The translations under genes and the position numbers were made by a program. From positions 372,001-436,000 of the forward strand of contig VJWM01000126.1 in assembly GCA_010909165.1 (NCBI GenBank): DNA of 64,000 nucleotides. Direction: 5' to 3'. The stretch comes from Anthoceros angustus (lineage: Eukaryota; Plantae; Anthocerotophyta). Every line of letters starts with the position of its first letter. The stretch's first letter is position 1. The notes beneath the pieces are model-generated. The model made no database searches. It was not told where the DNA came from and worked only from the letters and a program-made list of their open reading frames with translations. Shown here piece by piece: positions 21,056 through 33,280 of this stretch.

Positions 21056-24000
21056 GTCATGGCAGCGCCTTCCAGCTCTGCATTGGCCACCTTTCCGCAT
21101 CCTGGGCCGAGATGCGGGATATAGGCGGTGGGTGTAGAGATAGGTGTCCTCCGATTGCCCTAGAGGACGGAGGGCTTTCCTGCCACGCGTCCACTAGTGC
21201 CAACCACTCAGGGAGGGCTTCGCATGTGGGCACGGATTGTGAGTTCTCCACTTTGCGCATGGGGCCAAGTTTTATGAACCCGGTTAGGAAAGTGTAGATA
21301 GAAGCTTGCTGTCATGGCAGATCCATTTTGTGAAGGGCCCCACCTTTTCTCTCGCTTCATCTAATGAACTACCTCGGTGTATCAACGCACAAGGACTAAC
21401 TCCTTGAATATGCCAAATATAATTAATATTTAATGATGCTAATTTCATAGAACTAAAATTCAATTGCACTTTGTTCAGTTGAAGCCTCACACGATCTTGT
21501 TTATCATATTTTAGCACTCACATCCAAGACAAAGGTCTATTTGCATGATGTCAAGATCCAGAAGGATTAACTCCATTAAGATGGAAACTAGAGCTAATAT
21601 TAATTAACGCTAATTTTAAATGGAACTAATAGTCAATTGCACTTTGTTCAATTGAAGCTTTCATAGTAGTAATCATATTGATAGTATCATATTATAACAC
21701 TCAGTTCAAAAACTAAAGCATATATGCATTATACCATAACCCAAAGAGATTAATTCATTCATTTGGGAAAATAGAACTACTATTAAATAGAGCTAACATT
21801 TAACTGCATTTCATTCAATTGACGTTCTTGTATAGTCTTGTTAACAATTATCATATTTTAGTTGTTCCGACCTTATCATTGATTGTGTGGCACACTAATA
21901 CACATATGATCAACGATAAATTTTCGCGTAGATAAATTCCACGTACCAATGTACTTCGCACTTATAGTCTTATATAAATAAAGTTGTCATGTAAACATCC
22001 ACATATCACTTGAGAATTAGATACTAAATATGAAGTGAAGCACACAACGCACAAGACAAGGAGAGAAGTGGACCTTTGCGGCGGGCTCAAACAAAATCCT
22101 TCACCAAGAAAAAATCGCAGGTCTTAGGGCGGAGGGTTGAAGCAAGATTTCGATTTTGCTGCCGCATCCAAAATTGTTCCTCACCGAGCTAAAAGAAATT
22201 AGCGGCCCCTATGTTGCACTCGATCGACTCAAAATCACGCACATGAAGGCGCAGCAAAAATGTTTTGAGATGGTGAGACACGCTCCTATGGTGACTTGCT
22301 CGTAGTTGAACAAAGCAAAGCAGAATAATAAAACACTAGACAAAGCGCGCGCCACACAAATAGTTCCTCAATATGGCCCGAGCAGGCCGGTTTAACCAAG
22401 CAAGGCGTGTACACATGACGTAATATATAACAAACTTGTTGTAGTATAGTGGTTTAAGTATGAACGCTAAGTTGGTCCATACTTGTTATTTGATTTATAT
22501 CAAGGTTTAATTCCCTGCAATGAGAATAATTTTGTTCCTACGGCGAACACGAATGCCGTTTGGTTTCTGAAGACCAAGACCAAATATCACTTTCAAACTG
22601 TCAACTTCAGAGAGATTTTGCTTAAAAAACTCAATGAACAATTTTGTCAAGAAGTCCTTCTCAAACCGGAATTTTTTTTCAGTCTCCGATGGCTGCAAGC
22701 AACTCTTAGCCTAAGCTAAACTAATGATACTTAATCGACACCTAACTTAGACTAAGTGTATTAGTCTAAGTATATTGCTTTAATACCCTTTATACCATGG
22801 CGCCTTCCAACAGAGAGATTGCACCTTTCCGCATCCCGGGCCGAGATGCGGATATAGGCGGTGGGTGTAGAGATAGGTGTCCTCCGATTGCCCTAGAGGA
22901 CGGAGGGCTTTCGCCACGCCCACTAGTGCCAACCACTCGGGAGGGCTTCGCATGTGGGCACGGATTGAGTTCTCCACTTTGCATGGGGCCAAGTTTTATG
23001 AACCCGGTTAGGAAAGTGTAGATAGAAGCTTGTCATGGCGATCCATTTTGTGAAGGGCCCCACCTTTTCTCTCGCTTCATCTAATGAACTACCTCGGTGT
23101 ATCAACGCACAAGGACTAACTCCTTGAATATGCCAAATATTAATATTTAATGATGCTAATTTCATAGAACTAAAATTCAATTGCACTTTGTTCAGTTGAA
23201 GCCTCACACGATCTTGTTTATCATATTTTAGCACTCACATCCAAGACAAAGGTCTATTTGCATGATGTCAAGATCCAGAAGGATTAACTCCATTAAGATG
23301 GAAACTAGAGCTAATATTAATTAACGCTAATTTTAAATGGAACTAATAGTCAATTGCACTTTGTTCAATTGAAGCTTTCATAATAGTAATCATATTGATA
23401 TTATCATATTCTAATACTCAGTTCAAAAACTAAAGCATATATGCATTATACCATAACCCAAAGAGATTAATTCATTCATTTGGGAAAATAGAACTACTAT
23501 TAAATAGAGCTAATATTTAACTGCATTTCATTCAATTGACGTTCTTGTATAGTCTTGTTAACAATTATCATATTTTAGTTGTTCCGACCTTATCATTGAT
23601 TGTGTGGCACACTAGTACACATATGATCAACGATAAATTTCGTAGATAAATTCCACGTACCAATGTACTTCGCACTTATAGTCTTATATAAATAAAGTTG
23701 TCATGTAAACATCCACATATCACTTGAGAATTAGATACTAAATATGTGAAGCACACAACGCACAAGACAAGGAGAGAAGTGGACCTTTATGCGGCTCAAA
23801 CAAAATCCTTCACCAAGAAAAATCGCAGTCTTAGGGCGGAGGGTTGAAGCAAGATTTCGATTTTGCCGCATCCAAAATTGTTCCTCATCGAGCTAAAAGA
23901 AATTAGCGGCCCCTATGTTGCACTCGATCAAGACTCAAAATCACGCACATGAAGGCAGCAGCAAAAAAAATGTTTTGGAGATGGTGAGACACGCTCCTAT

Positions 24001-24410
24001 GGTGACTTGCTCGTAGTTGAACAAAGCAAAGCAGAATAATAAAACAAAGTAGACAAAGCAACGCGCAAATAGTTCTCAATATGGCCCGAACGGCCGGGTT
24101 TGGCCAAGCAAGGCGTGTATACATGACGTAATATATAACAAACTTGTTGTAGTATAGTGGTTTAAGTATGAACGCTAAGTTGGTCCATACTTGTTATTTG
24201 ATTTATATCAAGGTTTAATTCCAATGAGAATAATTTTGTTCCTACGGCGAACACGAATGCCCTTTGGTTTCAAGACTAAGACCAAATATCACTTCAAACT
24301 GTAACTTGGAGAGATTTTGCTTAAAAAACTCAATGAACAATTTTGTCAAGAAGTCCTTCTCAAACCGGAATTTTTTTTCAGTCTCCGATGGCTGCAAGCA
24401 ACTCTTAGTG
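20968..24410. repeat. ~1.74-kb tandem duplication (end of copia-1 LTR + flank + first ~700 bp of copia-2 LTR)
   Basis: 20968-22709 is repeated at ~22709-24410; paired ORFs 21112/22797 and 21284/22923 are nearly identical. Confidence 0.9.
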
Positions 24411-27400
24411 ATACAAGCTAAAGAAGTGTCATGCGACGATTTCAGGTGTCATGCGACGATTCAAAGACTATTTAACGGGTGCAATACGAGAATTCAAGGA
24501 TGAACTATTGTTGTTGATTGTTTATTTGAGTTATAGATATTTCAAACTTTGGATTATAAAAAATGGATTAAGGAAAGAGCGCTAATGAAAAACTAAAATC
24601 AGAGAGTCACCGAGCTAGATTTTGATGAGAATCATAGCTCTTAGGCACAAAGTGCTACAATGTGATTGAATTAAAGAGTAAAGTACAAGCCTTTATATAG
24701 GCTAAGTGGTTGAGGTGGTTATAACAATATGTTGTTATAACCACCAAGTTGTTGTAACTAATATAACTACTAACTACCTACTAAATATGAAGTGAAGCAC
24801 ACAACGCACAAGACAAGGAGAGAAGTGGACCTGCGGCTCAAACAAAATCCTTCACCAAGAAAAATCGCGGTCTTAGGCGGAGGGTTGAAGCAAGATTTCG
24901 ATTTTGCTGCCGCATCCAAAATTGTTCCTCATCGAGCTAAAAGAAATTAGCGGCCCCTATGTTGCACTCGATCAAGACCAAAATCACGCACATGAAGGCC
25001 GCAGCAGCAAAAAATGTTTTGGAGATGGCTGAGACACGCTCCTATGGTGATTTGCTCGTAGTTGAACAAAGCAAAACAGAATAATAAAACACAGCTAGAC
25101 AAAGCACTGCGCCACACAAATAGTTCCTCAATATGGCCCGAACGGGCCAGGGTTTGGCCAAGCAAGGCGTGTACACATGACGTAATATATAACAAACTTG
25201 TTGTAGTATAGTGGTTTAAGTATGAACGCTAAGTTGGTCCATACTTGTTATTTGATTTATATCAAGGTTTAATTCCCTGCAATGAGAATAATTTTGTTCC
25301 TACGGCGAACACGAATGCCGTTTGGTTTCTGAAGACCAAGACCAAATATCACTTTCAAACTGTCAACTTCAGAGAGATTTTGCTTAAAAAACTCAATGAA
25401 CTTGTCAAGAAGTCCTTCTCAAACCGAATTTTTTCGCCTCCGATGGCGCAAGCAACTCTTAGCCATACAAGCTAAAAGAAGTGTCATGCGACGATTCAAA
25501 GACTATTTAACTGCAATACGAGAATTCAAGGATGAACTATTGTTGTTGATTGTTTATTTGAGTTATAGATATTTCAAATTTGGATTATAAAAATGGATTA
25601 AGGAAAGAGCGCTAATGAAAAACTAAAATCAGAGAGTCACCGAGCTAGATTTTGATGAGAATCATAGCTCTTAGGCACAAAGTGCTACAATGTGATTGAA
25701 TTAAAGAGTAAAGTACAAGCCTTTATATAGGCTAAGTGGTTGAGGTGGTTATAACAATATGTTGTTATAACCACCAAGTTGTTGTAACTAATATAACTAC
25801 TAACTACCTAGAGCAACTAAATAGGTAACTACCTTATGCCCTAGATGATAAAATAATGTTTAAATAATGTGGCCCTAATGAATAGTGCCCTAAACTAGAT
25901 ATATTTCGTCACTCCCACTCACTATGAATGTAGGGGGTGAGTTCTAGCTTTAAAATGAGGTCTAAAACATTAATAGGCTCCCACTTAATTCAAAGTTATA
26001 AGTTTAAGAAGAAATAAGCTGATACTAAGAGCTGAAAAAGTAAATATACCAAACCTTTACATGGTTATTTCGTGGTGTGGTCATACGGGGCTGCTACACG
26101 GAGCTTCATCAAAGCTCAGCTACATCCTATGCGAAACATTTGCGGAGCTTCATCAAAGCTCAGCTACATCCTATACCCGGATCGATCGGGATGGGGACTT
26201 GAGTGTCCCTTTTAAAAGAATGATTGAAAATAACTGCGGATAAGCGGTTGCGGGTTTATCCGCCCCAACCACCCCAATGCGCCATTGGTGGCGATCGCCA
26301 TTGGTGGGCGTGTCGGGGCCGTGCGGCGGCCGCACTCCGCGGAGAAAACCCGTCACTTCGGGCGCATGTGTCTCAGTGTGCCGCGAAGATTCCTCTGAGC
26401 TCCTCTTTGTGCTGGTCGGCTCATCGTTGCATCGCGCGAGACCCCTCCCTCCCTCCGCTCGCTCGGTGAACTGAGTTCAGCTCTCCCGCTTCGGGTGGTG
26501 AAGATGTAATTTCGGTGGCCTTGCAGCGTTCTGTCGCGGATCAGCGAGGCCTCGGCCGCTTTCGGCCCGGTGGATGTTGTGGATCCGTGATGCGCGTGCC
26601 CGAGGCGACCCCCTGCGACAAACAAGGCCAGGTCGCAACATCTTGAGCAGCATTTCCATATCTGATGCTGATTTTACAGAGGATTTCCTTGCAATATGTG
26701 CCGATGCGGCGAATGGCAATCCTAGTGAAGACCAACAAAATGCTGAAAATGCTGAAGATGAGGATGTAATTGCAATCGAAGGTCATATGCTAGGATCCGA
26801 AGTGGTAATCCAATAAGTCGATGCTGAAAATAAAAGTGGTAATATTGAATAAATCCATGTCTTGCCAATCCATGTCTTTCAGCCTCGCTTTTATGTCTTA
26901 ACACATAAACAATACAATAGCGGGTCCATTCATCTATGAATGTAATAAGATAAACAGCTCCTCCAAATGAGCTGGTGGACATAGGGCCACAAATGTCACT
27001 ATGAATAGTATCCAAAAGGGCAGAGGCCCTTGTTGAGTGGAGATCCGTATATGGCTTGAAAAAGGCTTTACTAACGACGGTGTCAGAAGGTGACTAGAAG
27101 GAGATAGGTAAGTGGATCTCGAAAACTATCACCCTTTGTTAGAGATGCTAAACGCTGAAAATTAACATGGGCTAGACGACAATGCCAAAGTTGCATTGAC
27201 GCTGGCCTCTGAGTGGCATTGACAAATTGAGTGGGTTGTGGTTGCACTATTGACATCTAACAAGTACAAATCATGAAAAAGGGGTGCCTATGAAAAGGTC
27301 CTGACTTGATGGAACATGCATTAGAGTGCAACCAGATTGATCAAAGCAGACTCGGCAAGAGTGTTCTTGTGACAACTTAATCACTGACATCAAATTTTTG

Positions 27401-28760
27401 GTCATAGATGGGACAAATAAAACACCAGAAAGTATAAGTGAAGACTCGTTTTGGAGTTGTATGGGCACTGAGCCCAAGCCTTTGATGGAAAGCCCATTGT
27501 CATCACCCAAAAGCACAAACTGATTGGCATCATATGTGGGTGAGAAAGTTTTAAATGAGTGTCTGTCTAAACAAATATGACTAGTGGCTCCAGAATCTAA
27601 AAACCAAGTTTCTACTTGAGAATGGACAGATGAAAGACAAACAGCTAAAATTGTGGGTGACTTAGCTTTTGTTGTTGTGACATTTGATTCAGGGAGGCTT
27701 GTATCTCGTCGAGGCTCACCAGCCTTTTTCTTCTGGCAATCCTTCTCAATATGGCCGGGTATCTTGCACCAATAACAAGTGACAACTTTTCTTTGGTGTT
27801 ACTGTGCATTATTTGTGGAACGCTGAAAATTTTGGTTGGGGAAGCCACGTCCCCTGCCACGTCCTCGAAAGCCCCCTCTGCCTCGAGAAGTGAACAAAAT
27901 TCTTGAGTTAGATTGACCACTTGAACTAGCCTTCATTTTGTTGAGTCCAAGGGTTCGCTCCTCTGCTAGAAGAGCTCCAAACACCTCCTGAAGTGTAATA
28001 GCTGGAGTTGCACCTGCAACTGTTGTTTGACTAGCCGTCCTTACAATGGCGCTTTGTGCGCTTACAAAAGATTGATATGCTTTAGGAAGAGTAGCAAGTA
28101 GGCTGACAGCAGCCTGAACTTCACTTAAATCTGTTCCACAATATGCAAGGTTAGCACGACCAAGTGCGAAACCTGTTGATATAAGACTCCACAGTCTCAT
28201 TGTCTTTTATACGAAGACTAAAAAATTCCTTGAAGGTTTGTACTAGGGAGGTTGAGCTCCTGTCCTTATAAATCATCTTAAAGTTATTCCACACATTACT
28301 TGAAGTGGCAGCACCCAAGGTATGTGTCATCATATTCGATCTAGGCGAAATAATAATAGTTCTTGCCGATCCTTCCGTGTCATTCCAAAATGAGATCGGC
28401 GGCTCGAGCGGGAGTGTTCGGACCGTCTACAACCCCCATCAATTCATTTTCTTCTAAAATTTGTGACACCCGCATTGCCCATATAGTGCAATCTGTCTCA
28501 TTAAATCTATCTCTATCCTTGAATTTTATCCTAAGAGGAGTGAGAAGAGCGGGAGGCAAAGAAGAAGATCCCGACATGTTTAATCTAGATTGTATAGCTT
28601 GTGGAGAAAAATCCCATATAGAATACTCTACAGGAGTTTCTATCTCTAAAGTGTCAAATAAATTGCCAAACAATGTATTGAATGCTTCACTGTCATCACT
28701 GTCATCACTATCATCATTAAGATCAAAATACATAAAAAGAATGATTAGTACCAAAGCATA
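22011..28760 (-). mobile_element. Second Ty1/copia element, non-autonomous: gag, protease and integrase N-terminus retained; RT/RNaseH absent; 3' LTR (~1.2 kb) present as three partial or complete copies; no 5' LTR
   Basis: Gag: RFNETDCTIWAMRVSQILEENELMGVVDG, LLATLPKAYQSFV. PR: WFLDSGATSHIC (~27580-27607). IN: DTIHSDICGPMSTSSFGGAVYLITFIDEWTRY, truncated at ~26880. PPT (GGCTCCCACTTAA on +) at 25976. LTR copies at 22011-22709, ~23726-24779 and ~24779-25975. Confidence 0.85.
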
Positions 28761-28833
28761 TTACAACTAATGAGGATGTAAAGGATCTAAGCTAGTGTAT
28801 ATAAATTAACTAAAAACAATAGTGAAATAAGAC

Positions 28834-28904
28834 GCTGCCTTGGTATAGTGGTTAGTAACTGTGTCTACCACCCAAGCCACCCGGGTTTGACTCCCATCTG
28901 GTGA
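28834..28904 (+). pseudogene. tRNA-derived relic (tRNA-Gly/Asp-like pseudogene or SINE head)
   Basis: A-box TGGTATAGTGG (28841) and B-box-like GGTTTGACTCC (28884) at tRNA spacing, with CTACCAC at the anticodon-loop position. Acceptor and anticodon stems do not pair. Confidence 0.6.
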
Positions 28905-28954
28905 TGTGCTACATTAAATTGCACACGCTCCTTATCACGTCCTACCAGCGTATG

Positions 28955-29183
28955 AAGTTGTCTCACCCTAATTGTCTCCTTATCCGTCTGGCTACGAACT
29001 CGGTGAAAGAAGTGCTGGGTTGATTACTGGTCTTATCAAATTTGGTACATGTGCGAGCTTTAGTTGCAAGTTGTCTCACCCTAATTGTCTCCTTATCCGT
29101 CTGGCTACGAACTCGGTGAAAGAAGCGCTGGGTTGATTATTGGTCTTATCAAATTTGGTACATGTGCGGGCTTTAGTTGCAAG
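28955..29183. repeat. 113-bp tandem duplication
   Basis: AAGTTGTCTCACCCTAATTGTCTCC...TTTAGTTGC at 28955 and 29068. Confidence 0.92.
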
Positions 29184-31382
29184 CTGGGTAGCTGCATTCT
29201 GATGCACCCCTTTCTCCTTGTGCTTATCATCTAGCTGGAGATATAAGTGAGGAGCTCTTGCCAGCAGCCTATCTCTATATCACTAGGGATCGCAAGGTTA
29301 TGTATTACAAGTCTTTTTTGCAATGGATTTTAGGAAGCCTGAGCAGTGTTATCAGGCCGTGTTGAATTTTGGATTTGAGTGACTCATGAGAGTGAAGGGC
29401 TGTCTGCACTTTGCGCTAGAGGGAGAACACGATCTCCCCATTCGTTTTCATCACCACACCCAAAGGGAAGTCATTTTCATCAGATAAATCTGACCTTATT
29501 TGGTTACGTTGAGCGCTTACCTCACTTACGTTGAGCGCTTGCCTTATTCTCTCTAATGATAGGGTTCAAAGGTGAAGAGTTTGCACCGGAAGGAACGAAG
29601 CAAACGTATTAGAAAGTCTTGGTTATTGTCAAAATATTACCCTAAGGCTTCCTAACCGTTTTAGCGCGGAACCATGGACGGTGAGGGGGCGACGGGTCTG
29701 CCTGAGGAGACGGGAAGCCCTGGGGCGACGAGCGGGACGAGGGCCAGGGCCGGCACTGAGGAGATGGGCCCGGCGGGGTCGCCAGAAGGCGCTGGGGAAA
29801 CGGGTGGTGCAGGCGATTGCCTCCCTTTTCTCCTTGGCCCTTGAGCTGTGGCCAATTTTTGTGAATTGTTTTGTCAGCAATTATGTGGCAGATGGGGTTC
29901 CTGCCAGTGTGGCTGATCTGGGATTGAGTAAGGCTTCAACCCTTACAAGGCAAGCCCTGGTACTGGACTGTGGGAGAAGCGCAACCGAGGCAAGCTGTTC
30001 GAAGACATCCCGGATTTAGGCTGTAAAACGGCTGAAGCAGACCGTATAGCAGCCGGGAGCAGTGTGTGCCGCGTTGTTCCTGGCCATGCCCTGCACGAAG
30101 GGTGGCTGCATCTGCAGAAAGCTCAGGAAAGGGCTCATGCTCTTGAGCTTTGGCCAATTTTGTGACTTCGTTTTGTCGTCAACTATGTTGCAGAGTTGGA
30201 CTCTTGCCAGTGTGGCTGATTCGAAATCGTGTAATGCTCAGCCCTTACCTGGTAATGCACTCGGGCAGGTTATTCTTGGCCATCGGCCCTCCGTTAACTC
30301 TCATTTGCTTTGAGGAAAGCTGTAGGCTTGAATATGTCTCAAATTTAGTCCATGCATATTACATGTGGCACGCCTAAAGTCCATGTTATCGTTGTACAAG
30401 CACGTCAATCCTCCCAGGTACTTTCTCTCAAGCTACCCGAAGAACGGTGGCGAGAGCTATGCACTTGGTATTCGGTTAGAGCCATCCCGGAGTCGGTCAG
30501 ATTTGTCTGTAGCGACAGAGCCGTAGTTGGTGAAGGCAGCAGGACGGCAGATAACATATGATGCAGTGAGCTTGCCCTTGTGGCTAGGCTGCAATAGCAG
30601 GTCGGAGATGGGCTGCCGCGCAGCATATTCGCAGCAAAAGCATGGCTTTCTCCTGTCCGTTAACCCACATCAGAGCGGTAAGTTTATTATGTCCTCGCAG
30701 CTAAGTATCCAGAAGGCATCAGAATCTCAGGTTTCTCCTCTGACAGTGCACACAAGTACCTCCACACCGAAGTGAGGCAGTGGGGCCTGAAATGTGCAAA
30801 AGGAAAGGAGCGAACTCGTTCACTTTTGACCTCTCTGACGGCTTCTAGACTCTGCGTGGCTTTCACATACGACAGCCTACACCAGCGATAGCATAAAGGG
30901 TGGACAGGTCGTTGGCGGGCCTAGTTGCCAAGCAGCCGGAAGAAGAAGCTTGTGGTGACACCTTCTGCCAGATGGGAGACGGGAATTATCTGGAAAAACA
31001 AACGTCGACAGATCCAGATCCAAATCCAAGCCTACGGTATGGAACATCACCTTCCCAAATCACCCAGCACACTGAACATGCGAGTCCCCGCATTGCCGGG
31101 GAACATGAGCACTGTGGCATTGTGGTGGAAAAATATAGCCATAACAACACCGAGCCGGGTAGGAACCCCATCACGATTCACCACCCGCCTCCGTTATTAC
31201 CGTTACGAGAAACATGCCGAAGCGGTAAGAATCGGCTAAGAAACTGCTATAAAAACCCAGCTCCGTTCCCTCAGTCCCTGCAGCAAGGTAACAATCGGTA
31301 AGAATAGATTACCCTAAAAGCACGCTGCCGGAGATAGGTGCGACAGTCCCCGCCTGGAGAGTAGATAAAGCAGAGCGGAGAC

Positions 31383-31971
31383 ATGGGCAAGAAGAGGAAG
31401 CGCAGCAGCAGCAGGAAGGCCCAGGCTCTGGCCGGTCGCCATGGGGACGCAGATCACGAGTCCGCTATGGAGATCTCCGTTGAAGGCCCTACTGTTGCCC
31501 CCGCACCTGCCATGGACGGTAAGTTTAGTGCTGGCCCTGGGACTGTGGCCGGCCGAAGCCTGGATCCGCACTGATCTGTCTGCTGGCTAGTCACTTGTAG
31601 CCCCCTGGGCAGTGGACGTGCGGAGCTCGTGTTGCCTGACTCTTGTTGGTGGCGGGTATTTTCAGCTATGGACACTTCGGAGAGTGTTGTTGTTGGGAGC
31701 ATTGGTACAGACAAGCCTGTGATTGGGAAGTCGAAAAACGGGTAGGTGTGGGGTACTTGGGGTGCTTGAGATTGGGTCAGTGTTTGGAGCTGATGTTGGT
31801 GTTGTTGGGTGCAGGGGGATTAGGAAGGTAGCTACGAAGCGCAGGGTGGTTAAGATACGGAAGCAGAAGGCTCTGGAGAAGGCGCTGGCTTCTATGGAGA
31901 AGAGGAGTGAGAAGAAGCAAAAGCTTGATCAGAAGAGTCTGAGGATCCAGGATCTGAAGCATCTGTATTGA
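31383..31971 (+). CDS. Small basic conserved protein (~122 aa), possibly an Alb1/Ecm1-like ribosome-biogenesis factor; exons 31383-31518, 31666-31741, 31815-31971
   Basis: GT-AG junctions keep the frame (phases 1 and 2): MGKKRKR...PAMDAMDTSE...GIRKVATKRRVVKIRKQKALEKALASMEK...KSLRIQDLKHLY*. The family assignment is an inference. Confidence 0.75.
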
Positions 31972-32043
31972 AGGGTCTGGGAGTGTGGTTGGCGGGAGAG
32001 CGGGAGCTGGGAGCTGGAAGCTGGAAGCTGGTGTTGGGTTAGA

Positions 32044-33021
32044 ATGGGGAGGCAGATGTGGGTGGTAGCTGTGTTGTTGTCGGCGCTGGTGGCCGTGTTC
32101 GCTGCTGGGTCGCCGCTGCCGTTTGTTGTTCTTCATGGGGTCCTGGATGCCTGCAAAAACGATGGGGTTTGTCAGTTCACTCAGTTCCTCACGGCAATGA
32201 CTGGGGCCAAGGGCTACTGTATCGAAGTAGGAAATGGCGTCAGCGATTCCTTCTTCATGCGGATCGACAAGCAGGTCGATATAGTATGCAAACAGGTGAA
32301 AGCCATTCCGGATCTGGAGAACGGGTTCAATCTGGTGGGCTTGTCCCAGGGAGGGCTCATTGGAAGGGCCATGATTGAGCTCTGTGATGGAGCCCCTCCT
32401 GTGCACAACCTCATCACGCTTGCTGCACCTCATGCTGGCACTGCCTCCGTGCCCATCTGTACACTGACGGCCGTTTGCATGGCTGTAGATGCCCTCATCA
32501 AGTACGGGGTTTATTCAACCTATGTGCAGAATCATCTAGGTCCCGCAGGCTATGTGAAAATTCCCAATGACCTGGAGGACTATTACAAGGGTTGTCTGTT
32601 CCTGCCTAAGGTGAACAACGAGCTTCCCGGAAGCCGCAATGCAACTTATAAAGCTCGGTTCTCAAAGCTCCACCACCTGGTTCTCATCAAATTCGAACGT
32701 GACAAGGTGGTCATTCCTAAGGAAACTGCTTGGTTTGGCTACTTCCCTCCGAATGACTTCAAAACTGTTCTGCCGCCTCAGGAGACCGACTTGTACAAGG
32801 AAGATTGGATTGGGTTGAGGTGCCTCGATGAAGCTGGCAATGTCACCTTCCTGTCGCTGTGTGGTAACCACATGCAGATTTCCGAGTTCGAAGCCTTCAA
32901 TTACGTGGTTCCCTTCTTGAAGCATCATCCTTCCCCAGAAGTCTCTGGCCCTGTTATTACCGAGTGTGGGTACCCTAGGGCTGAAAGTCGAGTGTTTGAT
33001 CTGAATGTTGCCGCTTACTGA
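32044..33021 (+). CDS. PPT1: Palmitoyl-protein thioesterase 1 (alpha/beta hydrolase) with signal peptide; intronless
   Basis: LPFVVLHGV, nucleophile motif GLSQGG, FERDKVVIPKETAWFGYF, LYKEDWIGL and GNHM. Confidence 0.93.
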   Translation: MGRQMWVVAVLLSALVAVFAAGSPLPFVVLHGVLDACKNDGVCQFTQFLTAMTGAKGYCIEVGNGVSDSFFMRIDKQVDIVCKQVKAIPDLENGFNLVGLSQGGLIGRAMIELCDGAPPVHNLITLAAPHAGTASVPICTLTAVCMAVDALIKYGVYSTYVQNHLGPAGYVKIPNDLEDYYKGCLFLPKVNNELPGSRNATYKARFSKLHHLVLIKFERDKVVIPKETAWFGYFPPNDFKTVLPPQETDLYKEDWIGLRCLDEAGNVTFLSLCGNHMQISEFEAFNYVVPFLKHHPSPEVSGPVITECGYPRAESRVFDLNVAAY

Positions 33022-33280
33022 AATTCGGATAGAATTGTGCTGAAGCCTGAAGCAGTGCTGCTCTAGTCGAATGGTGTAGGTCATAGCCCGCGCAGAATAG
33101 CAAGTTTGCAAAGCCATCCATGTGCTCTCTGTCAGTATATGATGGGTCTCAACGTGCTGATCGTGGGATTGATTCTTCGTGCGTTCTTGCACCTCATGTT
33201 TAGCTTTATATCCAGCTGTGTACTGATCTGTGCCTCGAAATATGGTAGCTCAATTTAGACACCTTGGAAGACGGGTCTGG

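Noticed and set aside
29350-29460. Possible C/D-box snoRNA on the minus strand (GTGATGA...CTGA)
   Set aside because: The terminal stem is weak and I could not identify an rRNA-antisense guide.
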